This document shows positions 32,776 to 45,930 of a DNA stretch of 57,398 bases, piece by piece. Position numbers and translations under genes: made by a program. Numbering within the stretch: position 1 is the stretch's first letter; each line of letters begins with the position of its first letter. This DNA comes from Malacoraja senta. Its lineage: Eukaryota. The stretch spans positions 124,001-181,398 of the forward strand of contig JAXLNO010000172.1 of NCBI GenBank assembly GCA_038087875.1, given 5' to 3'. The notes below the pieces were generated by a model. That model ran no database searches and had not been told where the DNA came from. It saw only the letters and a list, made by a program, of their open reading frames with translations.

Positions 32776-35700
32776 CATTCAGTAATGAATTTTATAAATC
32801 TTTTTACGACATAGTTACTCCACGATTACAGAAAATGTATACATATGCTTTTAAAGAGCAAAACTTACCTGAAACACTAACAGAATCAACGATCATATTA
32901 ATACTTAAAAAAGATAAAAATATAGAAGAACCAGGATCATATAGAGCTATTGCTTTGTTAAATATGGATCAAAAAATAATAGCGAAAACACTAGCCAGTA
33001 GACTAAGCAGGTATGTTAGTAGACTAATAAATGAGGATCAAACAGGATTTATACCTAAGAGACATTCATTCAATAATTTGAGACGTTTGCTTAACATAAT
33101 GCACTCACATAAATCTCATGACCAAGAGTTATCTATCATCTCACTGGACGCAGAAAAAGCGTTTGATCAAGTAGAATGGGACTATATGATTAAAGTATTG
33201 CAAAAATTCCAATTGGGAGAGAACTTCATTGCATGGATAAAACTATTATATAACAAACCTACGGCTAGACTACTAACTAATAATATATTATCCTCGAAAT
33301 TTGAACTATCGAGCAATAGACAAGGATGTTCATTATCACCGCTGTTATTTGCTTTGGTAATTGAACCCCTTGCTGAAAAAATAAGAACACACCTGGATAT
33401 AGGACACTGGTGGCGACCTGAGTCCGGAGGCTCGGCCGCGGGCCCAGTGGACGACATCGTCAGGAGCACGCAGGTCACAGGTTGGTGACCTGTTTTTCTG
33501 GGGCTCCCGCAACTACAGCTGCGTCCGCTGGACTGGAGGGCGGCAGCTTCGGCAGCTTCGACCACCCCGGGCCGCGGAGTTTGAGCCGGCCCAGCACGGA
33601 TTCAGCCGCGGGACTGGCTTACCGTCGCCCGGCGGGGCCACAGCATCAGAAGCCTGGATCGCCTCAGCGCAGAGGGATGAACAAAGTGGGAAGAGACAGA
33701 GACTTTAAGACTTTTGCCTCCATCACAGTGAGGAGGTGCCTGGTGAACTCACTGTGGTGGATGTTAATTTGTGTTTATTGTGTGTTTTGTCATTTATTAT
33801 TATATGTATGACTGCAGGCAACGAAATTTCGTTCAGACCGAAAGGTCTGAATGACAAATAAAGGAATCTCTCTAATCTCTCTAATCTATTTACGGTTATA
33901 ATACAAAATATTCAAATAACAAAATATCCCTATATGCCGATGATGTACTACTGTACATCACAAAACCACAAATTAGTATACCAAATATATTAAATTTAAT
34001 TGAGGACTTTGGATCCTTCTCAGGATATAGAATAAATTGGAACAAAAGTGAAATTATGTCGATAAAACCAAAAGACTCAAGACACCTCAGGAAATTCCCC
34101 TTTAACATAGCTACAGAAAAATTCAAATATTTGGGAATTGAAATTACTAGAAATTACCAGGATATGTTTAAAGCCAATTATAATCCCTTACTTAAGAAAT
34201 TAAATAATTTGATTAAATTCTGGAAAACACTTCCGATGTCCTTAATAGGCAGAATAAATGCTATAAAAATGATTTTCTTACCACAAATCCTATACCTATT
34301 TCAATCAATACCTATATATCTCCCAAAAAAGTTTTTCAAAAAATTGGACTCAGACATTACAAATTTTATATGGGATTATAAATCCCATAGAATACAAAGA
34401 GCACACCTTAATAAACGAAAAGAGTTGGGGGGTCTAGCGCTCCCTAACTTTATGTATTATAATTGGGCAGTAAATATTAAAAATATGATTCACCTGCTGG
34501 ACAATTCTGCCCAGCAGGCAGACTGGATTGTAATGGAAAAAGGGGACTGCTCCCCGAGTAATATAGGAGCGATTATTCTCTCTCCAATAAATTTGAATAA
34601 TAAAAATTATAATAAAAATCCAATTATATATAGCACAATTAGAACATGGAAACAAATAAAACAGAATCTAAAATTAAGAAACCTATCTCTCTCAATACCA
34701 ATAGTCAATAACCCATCGTTTAAACCTTCAATCATAGACAAATCATTTATACAATGGGAAAGAATGGGAATCAAAACGCTCGAAGATCTGTATGAATTGG
34801 GAAATTTACTATCATTTCAACAACTACAACTGAAATATAATTTGAAAAATAACCAATATTTTAAATATCTACAAATTCGTGATTATCTGAAAAAATACAC
34901 AAAAGACTATCATAATATGCCTTCCGACTTACTAGATGAAGCAATGAAGACAAAGGCGGAATCAGCTAATCTAATATCGTACTTATATAATATTTTAAAC
35001 ATAGAAATACCCACAACAGATGGAATTAGAAGAGACTGGGAACAAGAATTAGCTATAAAAATTTCAAAAGAGTGCTGGGATAATCATTTACTACAGGTGC
35101 ATAAATGTTCGATCAACGTACGACATACGCTCATCCAATTCAAAACATTACATAGACTATATTATTCAAAAACTAAATTAAATAAAATCTTTCCTAATGT
35201 TTCACCAATCTGTGATAAATGTCTATGTCAAGAAGCTACCATAGTGCATTCTTATGTTTTTTGTACAAAAATTCTGGTATGAAATATTTGATATTTTTTC
35301 AAAATTAATTAAAATAAAACTGGTACCAAAACCAGAATGGATCATTTTTTGAATATCGGAAGGTATCCCTGAATTAAACATGTATCAGAAGAATTTATTC
35401 AATTACGGGCTAATAATGGGAAAAAAGCTCATACTTAAATTCTGGAAAAATGCGCCCACACCAACAATAAAAATGTGGACATCAAATATGTTTGAAACAT
35501 TACATCTGGAAGAGATGAGATTCCTCTTAGCAGGTAAAGCAGACCAATTCCAAAAGACGTGGTCTACGTTTCTGGACCTATTACAAGCATGAGGTGCAAT
35601 AGTAATTTTAAAAATAAATAAATAAATAAATGGTATCAGGACCTGGTAATGGGAGGCAAAACAACAAAAACAGGCTTGGTTGGTAGTCCCCTTTCTGCGG

Positions 35701-35982
35701 AGTATAATGTTATAATAGAGCGATTGTTCCTACTTTCTTTTTCTTTCTTTTCTAGGGTCTACTTTCTTACTTTACTTCCTTCTCTAACTTCTTTTCTAAG
35801 GGGCTTTCTTTTCCCAACACTCTCTTGCACTTCACGACTCTTGCGCACTTTCTTTACTTTCCTTACTTCTATCTTTTTCTTAAAGAAAAAAAAGGAAGCG
35901 GTACAAAAAATGTATTAAGATATATGTGATGTGTATTACTGTAATTTACCGTACTTCTAATAAAAATAATATTAAAAAAAAA
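32776..35982 (+). mobile_element. 5'-truncated L1 of a related subfamily inserted antisense into the outer L1 ORF2
   Basis: Starts at FSNEFYK. Contains DAEKAFD, YADD and CDKCLC..H, a stop at 35592, AATAAA and poly(A). TSD aaattgttg(t/c)catt at 32762-32775 and 35983-35996. Confidence 0.93.
33400..33889 (+). mobile_element. GC-rich non-coding retroelement inserted in the inner L1
   Basis: Interrupts IRTHLDI|YGYNTK. Ends in the stem-loop tcgttcagacc-gaaa-ggtctgaatga, AATAAA and (aatctctct)n. Confidence 0.8.
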
Positions 35983-38900
35983 AAATTGTTGCCATTAATT
36001 CTTTTTCCCAGTCTTCTCTAATTGCCTCTGTTGATTGCAATTCTCTATTAAGAATACTATTATATAAATATGATATTAATTTTTGTGAGTCCGCCTTAAT
36101 ATTCATTGCTTCTTCCAGTGGGTCTATCATTATGCTCTGTAGTCTTGGTATATATTTTTTTATAAAGTCACATATCTGTAAATATTTAAAGTATTGGTTA
36201 TTATTCAGATTAAATTTTGATTTTAATTGTTGAAATGATAATAAATTTCCCATTTCATACATGTCACCCACCTTTTTAATTCCCAATCTTTCCCATTGTC
36301 TATATGTTTTAACCATAAAAGATGGTTTAAATACCGGATTATTCACTATTGGTGTTAATGATGATAAGTTCCTTAATTTTAAAGTTAATTTTATTTGTTT
36401 CCAAATTCGAATTATATTATGTATAATTGCATTCTTCTTATATAATGTATTCAATTTTATCGGGGAGAAGAGGATCGCTCCTAAATCGTACGGAAAACAA
36501 TCCTCTTTCTCCATTCTTATCCATTCCATCTGTTGAGAAGGACAATCCAACCAATACATTATATTCTTAATATGCACTGCCCAATAATAATATAAAAAAT
36601 TAGGCAGTGCAAGTCCCCCTACATCTTTAGGTTTACACAGATGATTTCTTTTAATTCTATGTGCTTTGTAGTCCCAAATAAAATTAGTAATATTAGAGTC
36701 TAGTTTTTTAAAGAAATATTTTGGTATGGATTGAAATAAATATATTATTTGTGGTAGAACTATCATTTTTATAGCATTTATTCTGCCAATTAATGATAGT
36801 GGGAGCGATTTCCAAAATTTAATCAGGGCATTCAATTTATTTAATAAAGGACTAAAATTAGCATTAAATAATGATTTATATCTTCTAGTAACTTGAATAC
36901 CTAAATATTTAAATTTTTCCGTTGCAATTTTAAATGGAAATTTTAATAGATGATTCGCTTTCTGGGGCTGTAATGACATAATTTCACTTTTATTCCAATT
37001 TATTCTATATCCAGAAAAGGAGCCAAATTACTCTATTACGTTTAGTAAATTCGGGATACTCGCTTCTGAATTTCTAATATATAAAAGTATATCATCAGCA
37101 TATAATGAAATTTTATTATTGTCCTTAGTATTGTATCCCTGAATAATTGGATGTGTTCTTATCCTTTCAGCCAAAGGCTCTATCATAAGGGCAAATAGCA
37201 GGGGTGATAAAACACATGCTATTCTCCATACATCTGTTATATTAGTGTTTTTTATATATGTGTTTAAGAATTCACTAGACTTGGATTTGACACTACCCTT
37301 CCTTAATTTTATTGATTTGTCTAAATATAAGTCTATAACACAGTTAAAGTCCCCCCCAAGTATTACATTTTGAAAATTATACTCATCTATTATATCCATA
37401 ATTTTCTTTAAAAATTGCGGGTTATCAAAATTTGGAGCATAAATATTTATCAGAGTCAGTGGTGTAGTCAGTGGTGATAAAATATTTATCAAAGTCAGTG
37501 GTGATAAAACACATCCCTGCCTATTGCCTCGTGATAATTGGAATTTTGGAGACAACATATTATTAGTTAATATTCTTGCCATTGGTTTATCATATAATAA
37601 TTTCACCCATCTAATAAAATTATCTCCCATATTGAATTTTTGGAGTACTAAATATAAATACTGCCACTCTACCTGATCAAATGCTTTCTCTGCATCCAAA
37701 GATATAACTGATGTCTTCCTTTTCCACTTTATGTGAAAACATTGTTAAAAAGTCGTCTCAAATTATTAAATGATTGTCTTTTAGGTATAAACCCCATTTG
37801 GTCCAGGTTTATCAATTTATTAATATATTTACTCAATCTTCTTGCTAAGATCTTTGCTAAAAAATGTTGATATGTATTTAAAAGTGATATAGCTTTATAC
37901 GAGCCCGGATCTTCTAGATCTTTATCTTTTTTTGGTATAAGCGTAATTGTAGATTCTGCTAAAGTTTCTGGTAATTTCTTTTCGGTAAAAGCATAAGTAT
38001 ATAATTTAAGTAATCGTGGGACCATTAACTTCTGAAATCTTTTATAGAATTCATTATTAAAACCATCGGGCCCTGGTGTCTTCCCGTTTTTCAGTTCTTT
38101 TATTGTTTCTCTTATTTCTTCACTTGTGATCTGAGATCCTAATTCCTCTTTTTGCAAATTACAGTTATCTAAAAAAATTATAATTTTATTGTCTTCTATT
38201 TTAGTTTTAGATGTATATAAATTTTGATAAAATTGAGTGAACCTTTTATTAATAACCTTAGGTAAAGTTAATAGTTCCCCGTTCTCTGATTTGATTTTAA
38301 TAATTGTTTTTTCCTTTTCTTGCTTCTTCAATTGTCGTGCTAGAAGGTTATGTGGTTTATCCCCAAATTCAAACTGTACTTGTTTTGTGATCTGAAATAA
38401 TCTTATTACTCTTGCCGATAATATTCGATTAAGTTTAAATTTCAATAATGTAATCTTATTATGTTTATCTATAGTTGGGTCTTTTGCGTTACCTAATTCT
38501 AATAATTTAATTTCCTTTTCTAACGTCCATTGTTCTGTCCTGTTTTTTTTATTTAGAAAACTTTGATACGAAATTATAACTCCATGGATGAATGCCTTAA
38601 AAGATTCCCATAATAGAGATGGTGAAATACCTGGTGTCTCGTTTGTCTCAATAAAAAAATTCATTTACTGTTTTAAATACTCGTAACCTTGTGAGTCATT
38701 AGCTATTTGTGTGCTAAATCTCCAAAAGGATTTTATACCTGGCATTCCTTCAAGTTTTAAAGTAAAAGTCAACGGGGAGTGATCGGAAATAATACTATTG
38801 TGGTATTTAGGATTAATCGTATATGGTATTAATTTTGTATCCACTAAGAAATAATCAATTCTTGAATAAGTTTTGTGTACTGATGAGTAAAACAAGTATT

Positions 38901-40661
38901 CCCTTCCAGTTGGATTAGCTATTCTCCATACATCTGTTATATTAGTGTTTTTTATATATGTGTTTAAGAATTCACTAGACTTGGATTTGACACTACCCTT
39001 CCTTAATTTTATTGATTTGTCTAAATATAAGTCTATAACACAGTCTATAACACAGTTAAAGTCCCCCCCAAGTATTACATTTTGAAAATTATACTCATCT
39101 ATGCGGGTTATCAAAATTTGGAGCATAAATATTTATCAGAGTCAGTGGTGTAGAATAAATTTCTCCCGCCACTATCGTGTACCTTCCTTCTTTATCAGAT
39201 ATAGTGTTCTGTAATATAAGTGGTATACCTTTCCGAATAATAATAGCCGCTCCTCTAGCTTTAGCATTAAATGACGAGTAATAAGTTTGGCCTATCCAGT
39301 TTGCCCTTAGTCTCATCTGTGTTTGTAGTTTTGTGTGCGTTTCTTGCAGAAAAGCTATGTCCACATTTAAAGATTTTAACTGGGCCATAATCTTGCCCCT
39401 TTTAATTGGATCATTCGCACCCCTAATATTCCAACTACAAAATGTGAATCCTCCATTCTTTTTTTCCTTATTATCCTGCATTGTAAATAGGTTTTAGTAA
39501 TTTTGCTTCATGTGGTGTGGTTAAGTACCTCAGGTTTTTGGGTATGTGGGTATCATCCTATACATCTGATGTTATTTTACCTCTCCTCCATATATTGAAC
39601 CTCCATAAGAAAAAGAGAAAAGTGTGTTGAGAAATAGTGAGGAAAGAAAGAAAAGTTGTTAGATAAACTACATAAAAGTGAATTAAAAAAAAAAAAGTGA
39701 GTTTAAGGTATCAAAAAGGTGATACCCTAAATACAAGAAGCCATCTATGATGGCCAAAAATTTATTGACCTCCGTAGATGGAATTATACATTGAGTTCAG
39801 CCCCCTAAATACAATGTCATTTATAACTACATGCCGTTTCATCTAAATATATCTTAATATATCTAAAAAAAATAAAATAAAAATAAAAATTTCATTAACA
39901 AAAATTTATCTGGTCAGACCGAATAAAACAGAAATAAAAATAAATTTCAACAATAGAAAGTTATCATCATCATCTTTACTATTTCAAATATTCTCTAATT
40001 TACCCCGATTTTAAACCTGTGTTACTTGCTCGGTATCACAGAGTCGTAAAACATAAAAACACATGCCCTGTGCCTGTATGCAAATATATTCATCTGTTCC
40101 TTAATTACCAGCCTGTTTCAAGGGTTACATTTCTTATCTTAAATACAACCGACTTCGAGCCCAGACTTCTGGAACTTTTCCAAATCATTAACGCCTCTTT
40201 CTTCACACAGATTTACAATGTTATAGTCTTCTTATACCCCTTTTCATTAATTATAGTGTGTTAGTGTACATCCTAAATTATATTTCATTTCTTTTCAGCC
40301 GTATTAACATTATATATCTGTTAATAATAATCATCTCTATAGGCCCCTTATCCCCCAAAATCCATTAGATTAACACATTGGTTAATCATATTAATATAAT
40401 ATTAATATAATGGCTTAACCATTAATTAGTAATATTCAATTTAAATAGTTAGTTAATTCTTTACATTACATATATACTATATTAATTAAAACATTTCTTA
40501 AGTCCATAATTTCCTTTAAAATGTCCTCCTTTCAATTATTTCTCTTATCCGTTCAAGGTTGAAACCAGGGCTTGGACATTGAATACACATTCCAGACAGA
40601 TAACCCTGTCTGGTTAATGTCTAGAGCAGTTCCACCATCTTAATTACCGCACAGTTTTCCA

Positions 40662-41757
40662 TTAAAATATGTAATCATCAACTTTGACTTCTCTTTTTTC
40701 TATTTTCTTTACAATTTCTTGTGCGTAATTAAATGCCGAATCCGAATCCGTGAAAGCACGTTGAATAGAGTTGTAAGTAATCTTCATTTTCGCAGGATAC
40801 ACTACACCGTATTTCACATCTGGTTTCCCTTGCAGAATGTTGCTAACTCTTTTAAACTGATTCCTCTTCTCCAGTATTTTGCGTGGGTAGTCCATGTAGA
40901 ATCTGACCGTCTCTCCATCAAATGCAAGCCTCTCCCCATGTGGTATCATCTTCATAAGTTTTTCCAGGGTTGAAATGTCTAAAAATTTCACAATAATCTG
41001 TCTTGGGGGAGCATTTATTTCTCTTCTGAAGCGACCTACCCGATGTGCCACATCAATCCTCGGGTTTTCCTTCAACTTAAAGACATCTTTGAGTATTTTA
41101 TTGACGTTCGGTCATTAGAATTCCAAGCTCTTGTCCCTCCTTTCTGTCCCTCCAAGTTCTGTCTCCTTGATCTAGCTTCCAAATCTTGACATTTATCAGT
41201 CAGTTTATTCAATTGCTCTCGATTAGCCCCGTTCTTCTTTCAGGGTCGATATTTCTTGAGACATCTCACGCATTTCAACCTTCATATCTTCTATCGACTT
41301 ATCGACTCCTTCAGTCAGTTCACCAATTTTCTTATTATAATCATATTCCATTCTCACAAATTCCCGAGTTGTCTTCTGATCCAAATCCATAAGCTGCTGC
41401 TTCAAAGAGTCAAACTGTTCATTTGATTCATCACATGCAGTATCTATTTTCTTAGACAAATTAACCTCCATTTTAGAGCGTTTATTCTCGTTTATTATTT
41501 ATGCTAGTAAACATTTTGGAGAATTCCTTAGTGAGATCTGTGGTAAGATCTTTAGTAAGATTAGCTCTTACCGTTTGTTCCCACTGCTTCATCTCTTTCT
41601 CCTTTTCTATCCCTTTTGTAGCCATTTCAGATACTGCTTGTTGAGGATCAACTTCTTCCTCTGAGCTTTCAGTTGTTTGGAGGGCTGCCAAATCTTCCTC
41701 CAGCAAGATTCTGATAGTCGATTTCTTGGGTCCCCGTTGATGTTTTCCTTTACTCAT
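40662..41757 (-). pseudogene. L1 ORF1 (disrupted)
   Basis: MSKGKHQRG.., coiled-coil segments, then IDVAHRVG..PRQIIVKF..FYMDYP..YPAKMKI (RRM/CTD of L1 ORF1p). Broken by a stop and frameshifts. Confidence 0.88.
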
Positions 41758-42919
41758 CTGAAGGTCCCGTCACTCCCACGACATCAAGCAGCCCCGGTGG
41801 GTGTTTTCAAATCGGTCCCGACTTTAAAAACGGCTCTTTACACGATTTTAGCAGGAGCTGAGTTCACCTTCACCACTTCATGGTGCAACCGGAAGTAGAA
41901 TACCCCTTCTTGTACATGGTCGCTCTTGAATCGAGATTCTGAACTTGAACACATCTGTTTCAATGCACCAGTACAATCCCAGTGCTCTTTCTATTGGCAG
42001 ATTGTCTTTGTCCAAATCCAACTCCCTGGTCTCCTTGGCTCTGTTATCTGGTGGAATGGTTTCCAATACAACACGGCTGTTGCTAATCCACTTTGATAGC
42101 ATGAATCCTCCTTGTTGGCAGAGGGAAGTCAGATGTTTTACCATTTTAATTGCTTCCTGTTCCATAGACATATATTTCAAACAATCATCCACATAAAAGT
42201 TGTTCATAACTGTGTTTGTCACTTCTTCTGGAAAGTGAGCTTTATTGTCCTCGGCAGTCTTCCTTAATGCAAAGTATGCACAACTTGGTGATGACACCGC
42301 TCCAAAGAGATGTACTTTCATCCGATATTCAACGAGATCTTGTTGTCCACCACCATCAGGCCACCATAGGAATCGCAAGTAGTCAATATGCTTTTCTGAT
42401 ACTTTGACTTGATGAAACATTGCTTTAATATCAGCCATCAAAGCAATCGGTTCGTGTCTAAATTTAATAAGAACTCCAATGAGTGAGTTGGTAAGGTCCG
42501 GACAGTCGACAGTTAAGTGATGTTCCTTTGAAGACTGCAGCACAGTCAAAGACCACCTTCAAGGTCCCTTTCTTTGAGTGATACACCCCATGGTGTGGAA
42601 TATACCAAAGCTCACCGTCACTCCTATTCAGCTGGTCTGTTGGTACCATTTCGGCATAATCATTGTCAATCATTTCCTTAAGGAAAGATGTATATTCATC
42701 ATGAAATTTCATATTCTTGCCAAACTTGCTTTTCAGATTCTGGGTGCGTTGCTCTGCAATGCGACGATTATTCGGCAGACTAACACTTTCTTGTTTGAAA
42801 GTTAAGTCTAGACAATAATGTCATTCTGTCATCTTTACTGAGTGATTCTTAACATCCAAGAACTGTAACTCTTCTCTGTACATTTCTTCTGAATTTTTAC
42901 TGTTCCTTTCATTGAAGTC

Positions 42920-43065
42920 CTTTTGGCTAAAGGGATCAGGGGGTATGGAGAGAAGGCAGGTACGGGATACTGAGTTGGATGATCAGCCATGATCATATTG
43001 AATGGCGGTGCAGGCTCGAAGGGCCGAATGGCCTACTCCTGCACCTATTTTCTATGTATCTATGT
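42920..43065 (+). mobile_element. CR1 3' tail inserted in BEL
   Basis: Near-identical to 31262-31397 and flanked by aagtc repeats. Confidence 0.9.
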
Positions 43066-45106
43066 AAGTCGTGATTGTATTGCTTGATCGAAAGCTCTTC
43101 TAATTTAACAGTAGACATTTGATTGACAGCAGCAGCAGCAGGGTGGTTATTCTGGTTCCTGCTTTTGTTGTTCCTTCTCCAGTAGCCAAAGATAACCCAT
43201 CCTAATAGGGTTCTCACGGAAATGGTCCGTCCCCTTGACTGCTGACAAACTCTTTAGGTTCCAATGCCTTTAAAGCATTCGTTCCGATAAGTAGGTCGAT
43301 ACCAGAATTTATTTTAGGTATCTTGACATCCTTCCAATAAGGCCATTGTTTCAAGTCTTCTTGCTTGGGTATATTTAGATGAGAAACAGGCACGGTCTCA
43401 TGTGTAAACACATCAGATAGTTGTATAAAATTGTCTTCATCCAGACTAGATATTTCCATACCTGTAATATGATGACTATCGCAGCATTTCTCTTCATTCA
43501 TGGTTCGCAATAGAATCTTAGTCTTTTCTCCTGTAATGTCCAGCCTTCTCATCAAGCTTTCTGTACAAAAGGTAGCCGAACTTGCATGATCCAAAAATGC
43601 ATATGTTCGCAACACTATTCCCCTGGCTGCTCCTTACCTTTATTGGTAAGATGGAGTAAATACAGGTTTCTACCCCGGCCCCAATATGCGCACTTATCTG
43701 AGGTGAGGTAGCAGCATCACTCGTAGCTGGCTTCTCCTTCTGTTCTATTTGCTCCGGCTTCTTCTCCGTATGCTCCTGTTACAAGTTATACGACGCAGTC
43801 TCTAGCCATATGTCCTTTCTTCAAACATCCAAAACAGATTCCCTTCCCCTTTAAGAAGTCCATCTTTCTTTTATATTCCTTCTTCTTGAATTTTCGACAC
43901 CACCTTATGGTGTGACCAACTTCATCACACGACAAACAAAACACTTTGTGGCTTATTAGTAGATGCATCTCCTTTCATTCTGCCTTTCATTTCTACAGTT
44001 ATTACAGCGGTAGCAAAACTGCTTTCCTTGGGTCCTGATCTTCCTTTTGTTTTAGTAAAGGTAGAACCAGTTGCAATTGGTTTAGGATCTTGAATATTCC
44101 CATGGCGTAGATTTGACATTAACCATACTTCACATCTTCCATGAAACCATCGAAAAATTCCACTCTTTCTGGGAACCACTGGGTTTGCCTTTCGAGTTCT
44201 TCCTCAGGCAGTTGTAAACTCAGCAACGAGCTTTGTTTTTCTCCAAGCTCATGGCCGAGGCTGAATAATTGCTCCAGATTAGATTATACTATCTTCGCAT
44301 TCTCATCTGATTCCATTAATTTCTTCTGGAATTCAATTGACTTGACCATCTGCTTCCATAACTTGTCTCTTTCCTTCTGGCATCTTTCCAGGTAGGCTGC
44401 TTCTCCCTCTTCAGTGCGCTTGGTTTCTCTCTTCTCATATCTTCTCGCTTCAGGCTCCACATCTCCCTTCTGTGGTGCCTCTTCATACTTGCCTGTTGGA
44501 AAATCCATGACTTGGTGTATACTTGGCTGGCTGCCAGATCGTTATACAAGCGTAGAGCAGAAGTTGTAAAACACCTGCTTCTTCAAAACAATCATTATTT
44601 TCAAGGCTTATGAAAATGTTTGCCAGTATTTACTGGTAGTAACACAGTTTTTTACTTAATATCATGGCAGTTTTTATAACATTCTCAAAATCTAATTTCG
44701 ATAGCTATTACTCCTCGGGGATGGGTTGGAGGTATAGTTTACGCACTCACAACACACTTAAGATAGTAAAATCAAATCCTCCAAATGTTGTTTCTTGATT
44801 AATTAGTCTTTTATTGAAGTAGTACATAGCAAAGAAATAGTCCATCACTTTCCGTTCTTAATCACTGTTCCATTCATGTCATATAAATCATATGAAAGTT
44901 TCTTATAAAAGTATGTCGTCTCATTAACGTGTGTGTGCGTCGTGATCATGATTCGTGTGGTTAAAAAGTGTATTCTCACCATCCTTCCGAGACTCAACTG
45001 ACTTCCAATCTATGAGTCTGCGCTAATCTCCTCTAGAAATAGACACACCCCTTCTACGTATCAAATCCCACCTACAAAAGTACAGACAGATAAAAATTAA
45101 AAACTA

Positions 45107-45241
45107 AAAATATTAGACATGACTATAATATACTGACTTAAGCTTAATGGCCCCCTACAATAATTATAAAGATAAAAACAAAATATTAGACATGACTATA
45201 ATATACTGACTTAAGCTTAATGGCCCCCTACAATAATTATA
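45107..45241 (+). repeat. ~62-bp direct duplication at the BEL/CR1 junction
   Basis: aaatattagacatgactataatatactgacttaagcttaatggccccctacaataattata occurs twice (~45108 and ~45181). Confidence 0.9.
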
Positions 45242-45930
45242 TTAAACCTAATTGAACTGTGGTCACTGGTCCCAAAATGCTCCTCCACAAACACTTCATT
45301 AACTTGCCCTTCCCAATTTCCCAATACTAGATCCAGCGTTACCCTCTCAGGTGTGGGGGCCTCTACATACTGCTTAAGAAAACTCTCCTGAACACTTGAG
45401 GAATTGCACCTCATTTAAACTCTTCACACTATGATTTTCCCAGTCTATATTGGGAAATTTAAAATCCCCTACGACAACAACCTTATTTGACCTGCGGCTG
45501 TCTGCAATCTCCTGGCATATTTGTTCTTCTAATTCCCGTTGACTATTCGGGGGTCTGTAGTACACCCCCAACAAGGTGACCATCCCTTTCTTGTTCCTCA
45601 TCTCCACGCATATTGCCTCACTAGACAAACCGTCCGTAATGCCACCTCGAATCACTGCCGTGACATCCTCCTTAACCAACAATGCAACCACTTTTTCCCC
45701 TCACCCCCGTCTCTTCTGAAGCTCCTGTACCCCGGACCATTGAGCTGCCAGTCCTGCCCCTCCCTTAACCAGGTTTCAGTCATGGCTACAACGTCCCAGT
45801 CGCTTGTATCTATCCATGCCCTAAGCACATCTGCCTTAGCCATCAGGCCCCTTGCATTAAAATACGTGCAGTTTAAACCAACCATCTTTCCTCGCTCTTC
45901 GCCTTTCACCTGCCTATTCTGTCCACTAAC
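45217..45930 (-). mobile_element. CR1 ORF2 N-terminal APE endonuclease fragment
   Basis: YFNARGL..AMTETWL..GVYYRPPN..VGDFKFPNIDW..LDLVL..TSDH. Confidence 0.88.

Larger units (their letters stand above)
32208..39481 (-). pseudogene. L1 ORF2 (APE endonuclease-RT-zinc finger), disrupted and split by the inner L1
   Basis: SWNIRG, LQETH, GGDFN, SRIDY, SDH; PGPDGF, DAEKAFD, RQGC, YADD; C-terminal CDKC..H..C in 32208-32774. Confidence 0.93.
31915..41895 (-). mobile_element. Full-length but inactivated L1 LINE with 16-bp TSD
   Basis: TSD tagaataccccttctt (31899-31914, 41896-41911). The 5' end starts CTTCCGG. ORF1, ~1.2-kb spacer, ORF2, 3'UTR and poly(A) (T-run near 31915-31940) are all present. Confidence 0.95.
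31860..45076 (-). mobile_element. BEL/Pao LTR retrotransposon remnant, split by the L1 (pieces ~31860-31914 and 41896-~45076)
   Basis: Gag zinc knuckles CLSCDEVGHTIRWC and CFGCLKKGHMARDC; protease-like YAFLDHASSATF; RT WYIPHHGVYH, ADIKAMFHQV, FGAVSSP, FYVDD. The frame continues across the L1 as RRGILSVIGSVYDTLGF. A putative 5' LTR at ~44655-45076 is low confidence. No RNase H or integrase is seen. Confidence 0.88.

Noticed and set aside
34056..35282. 408-aa ORF as a domesticated gene
   Set aside because: Part of a 5'-truncated L1 ORF2 that is frameshifted and interrupted on both sides.
44284..44549. Charged short ORFs upstream of BEL gag as a separate gene
   Set aside because: Position and strand fit a broken gag N-terminus, and there is no independent support.
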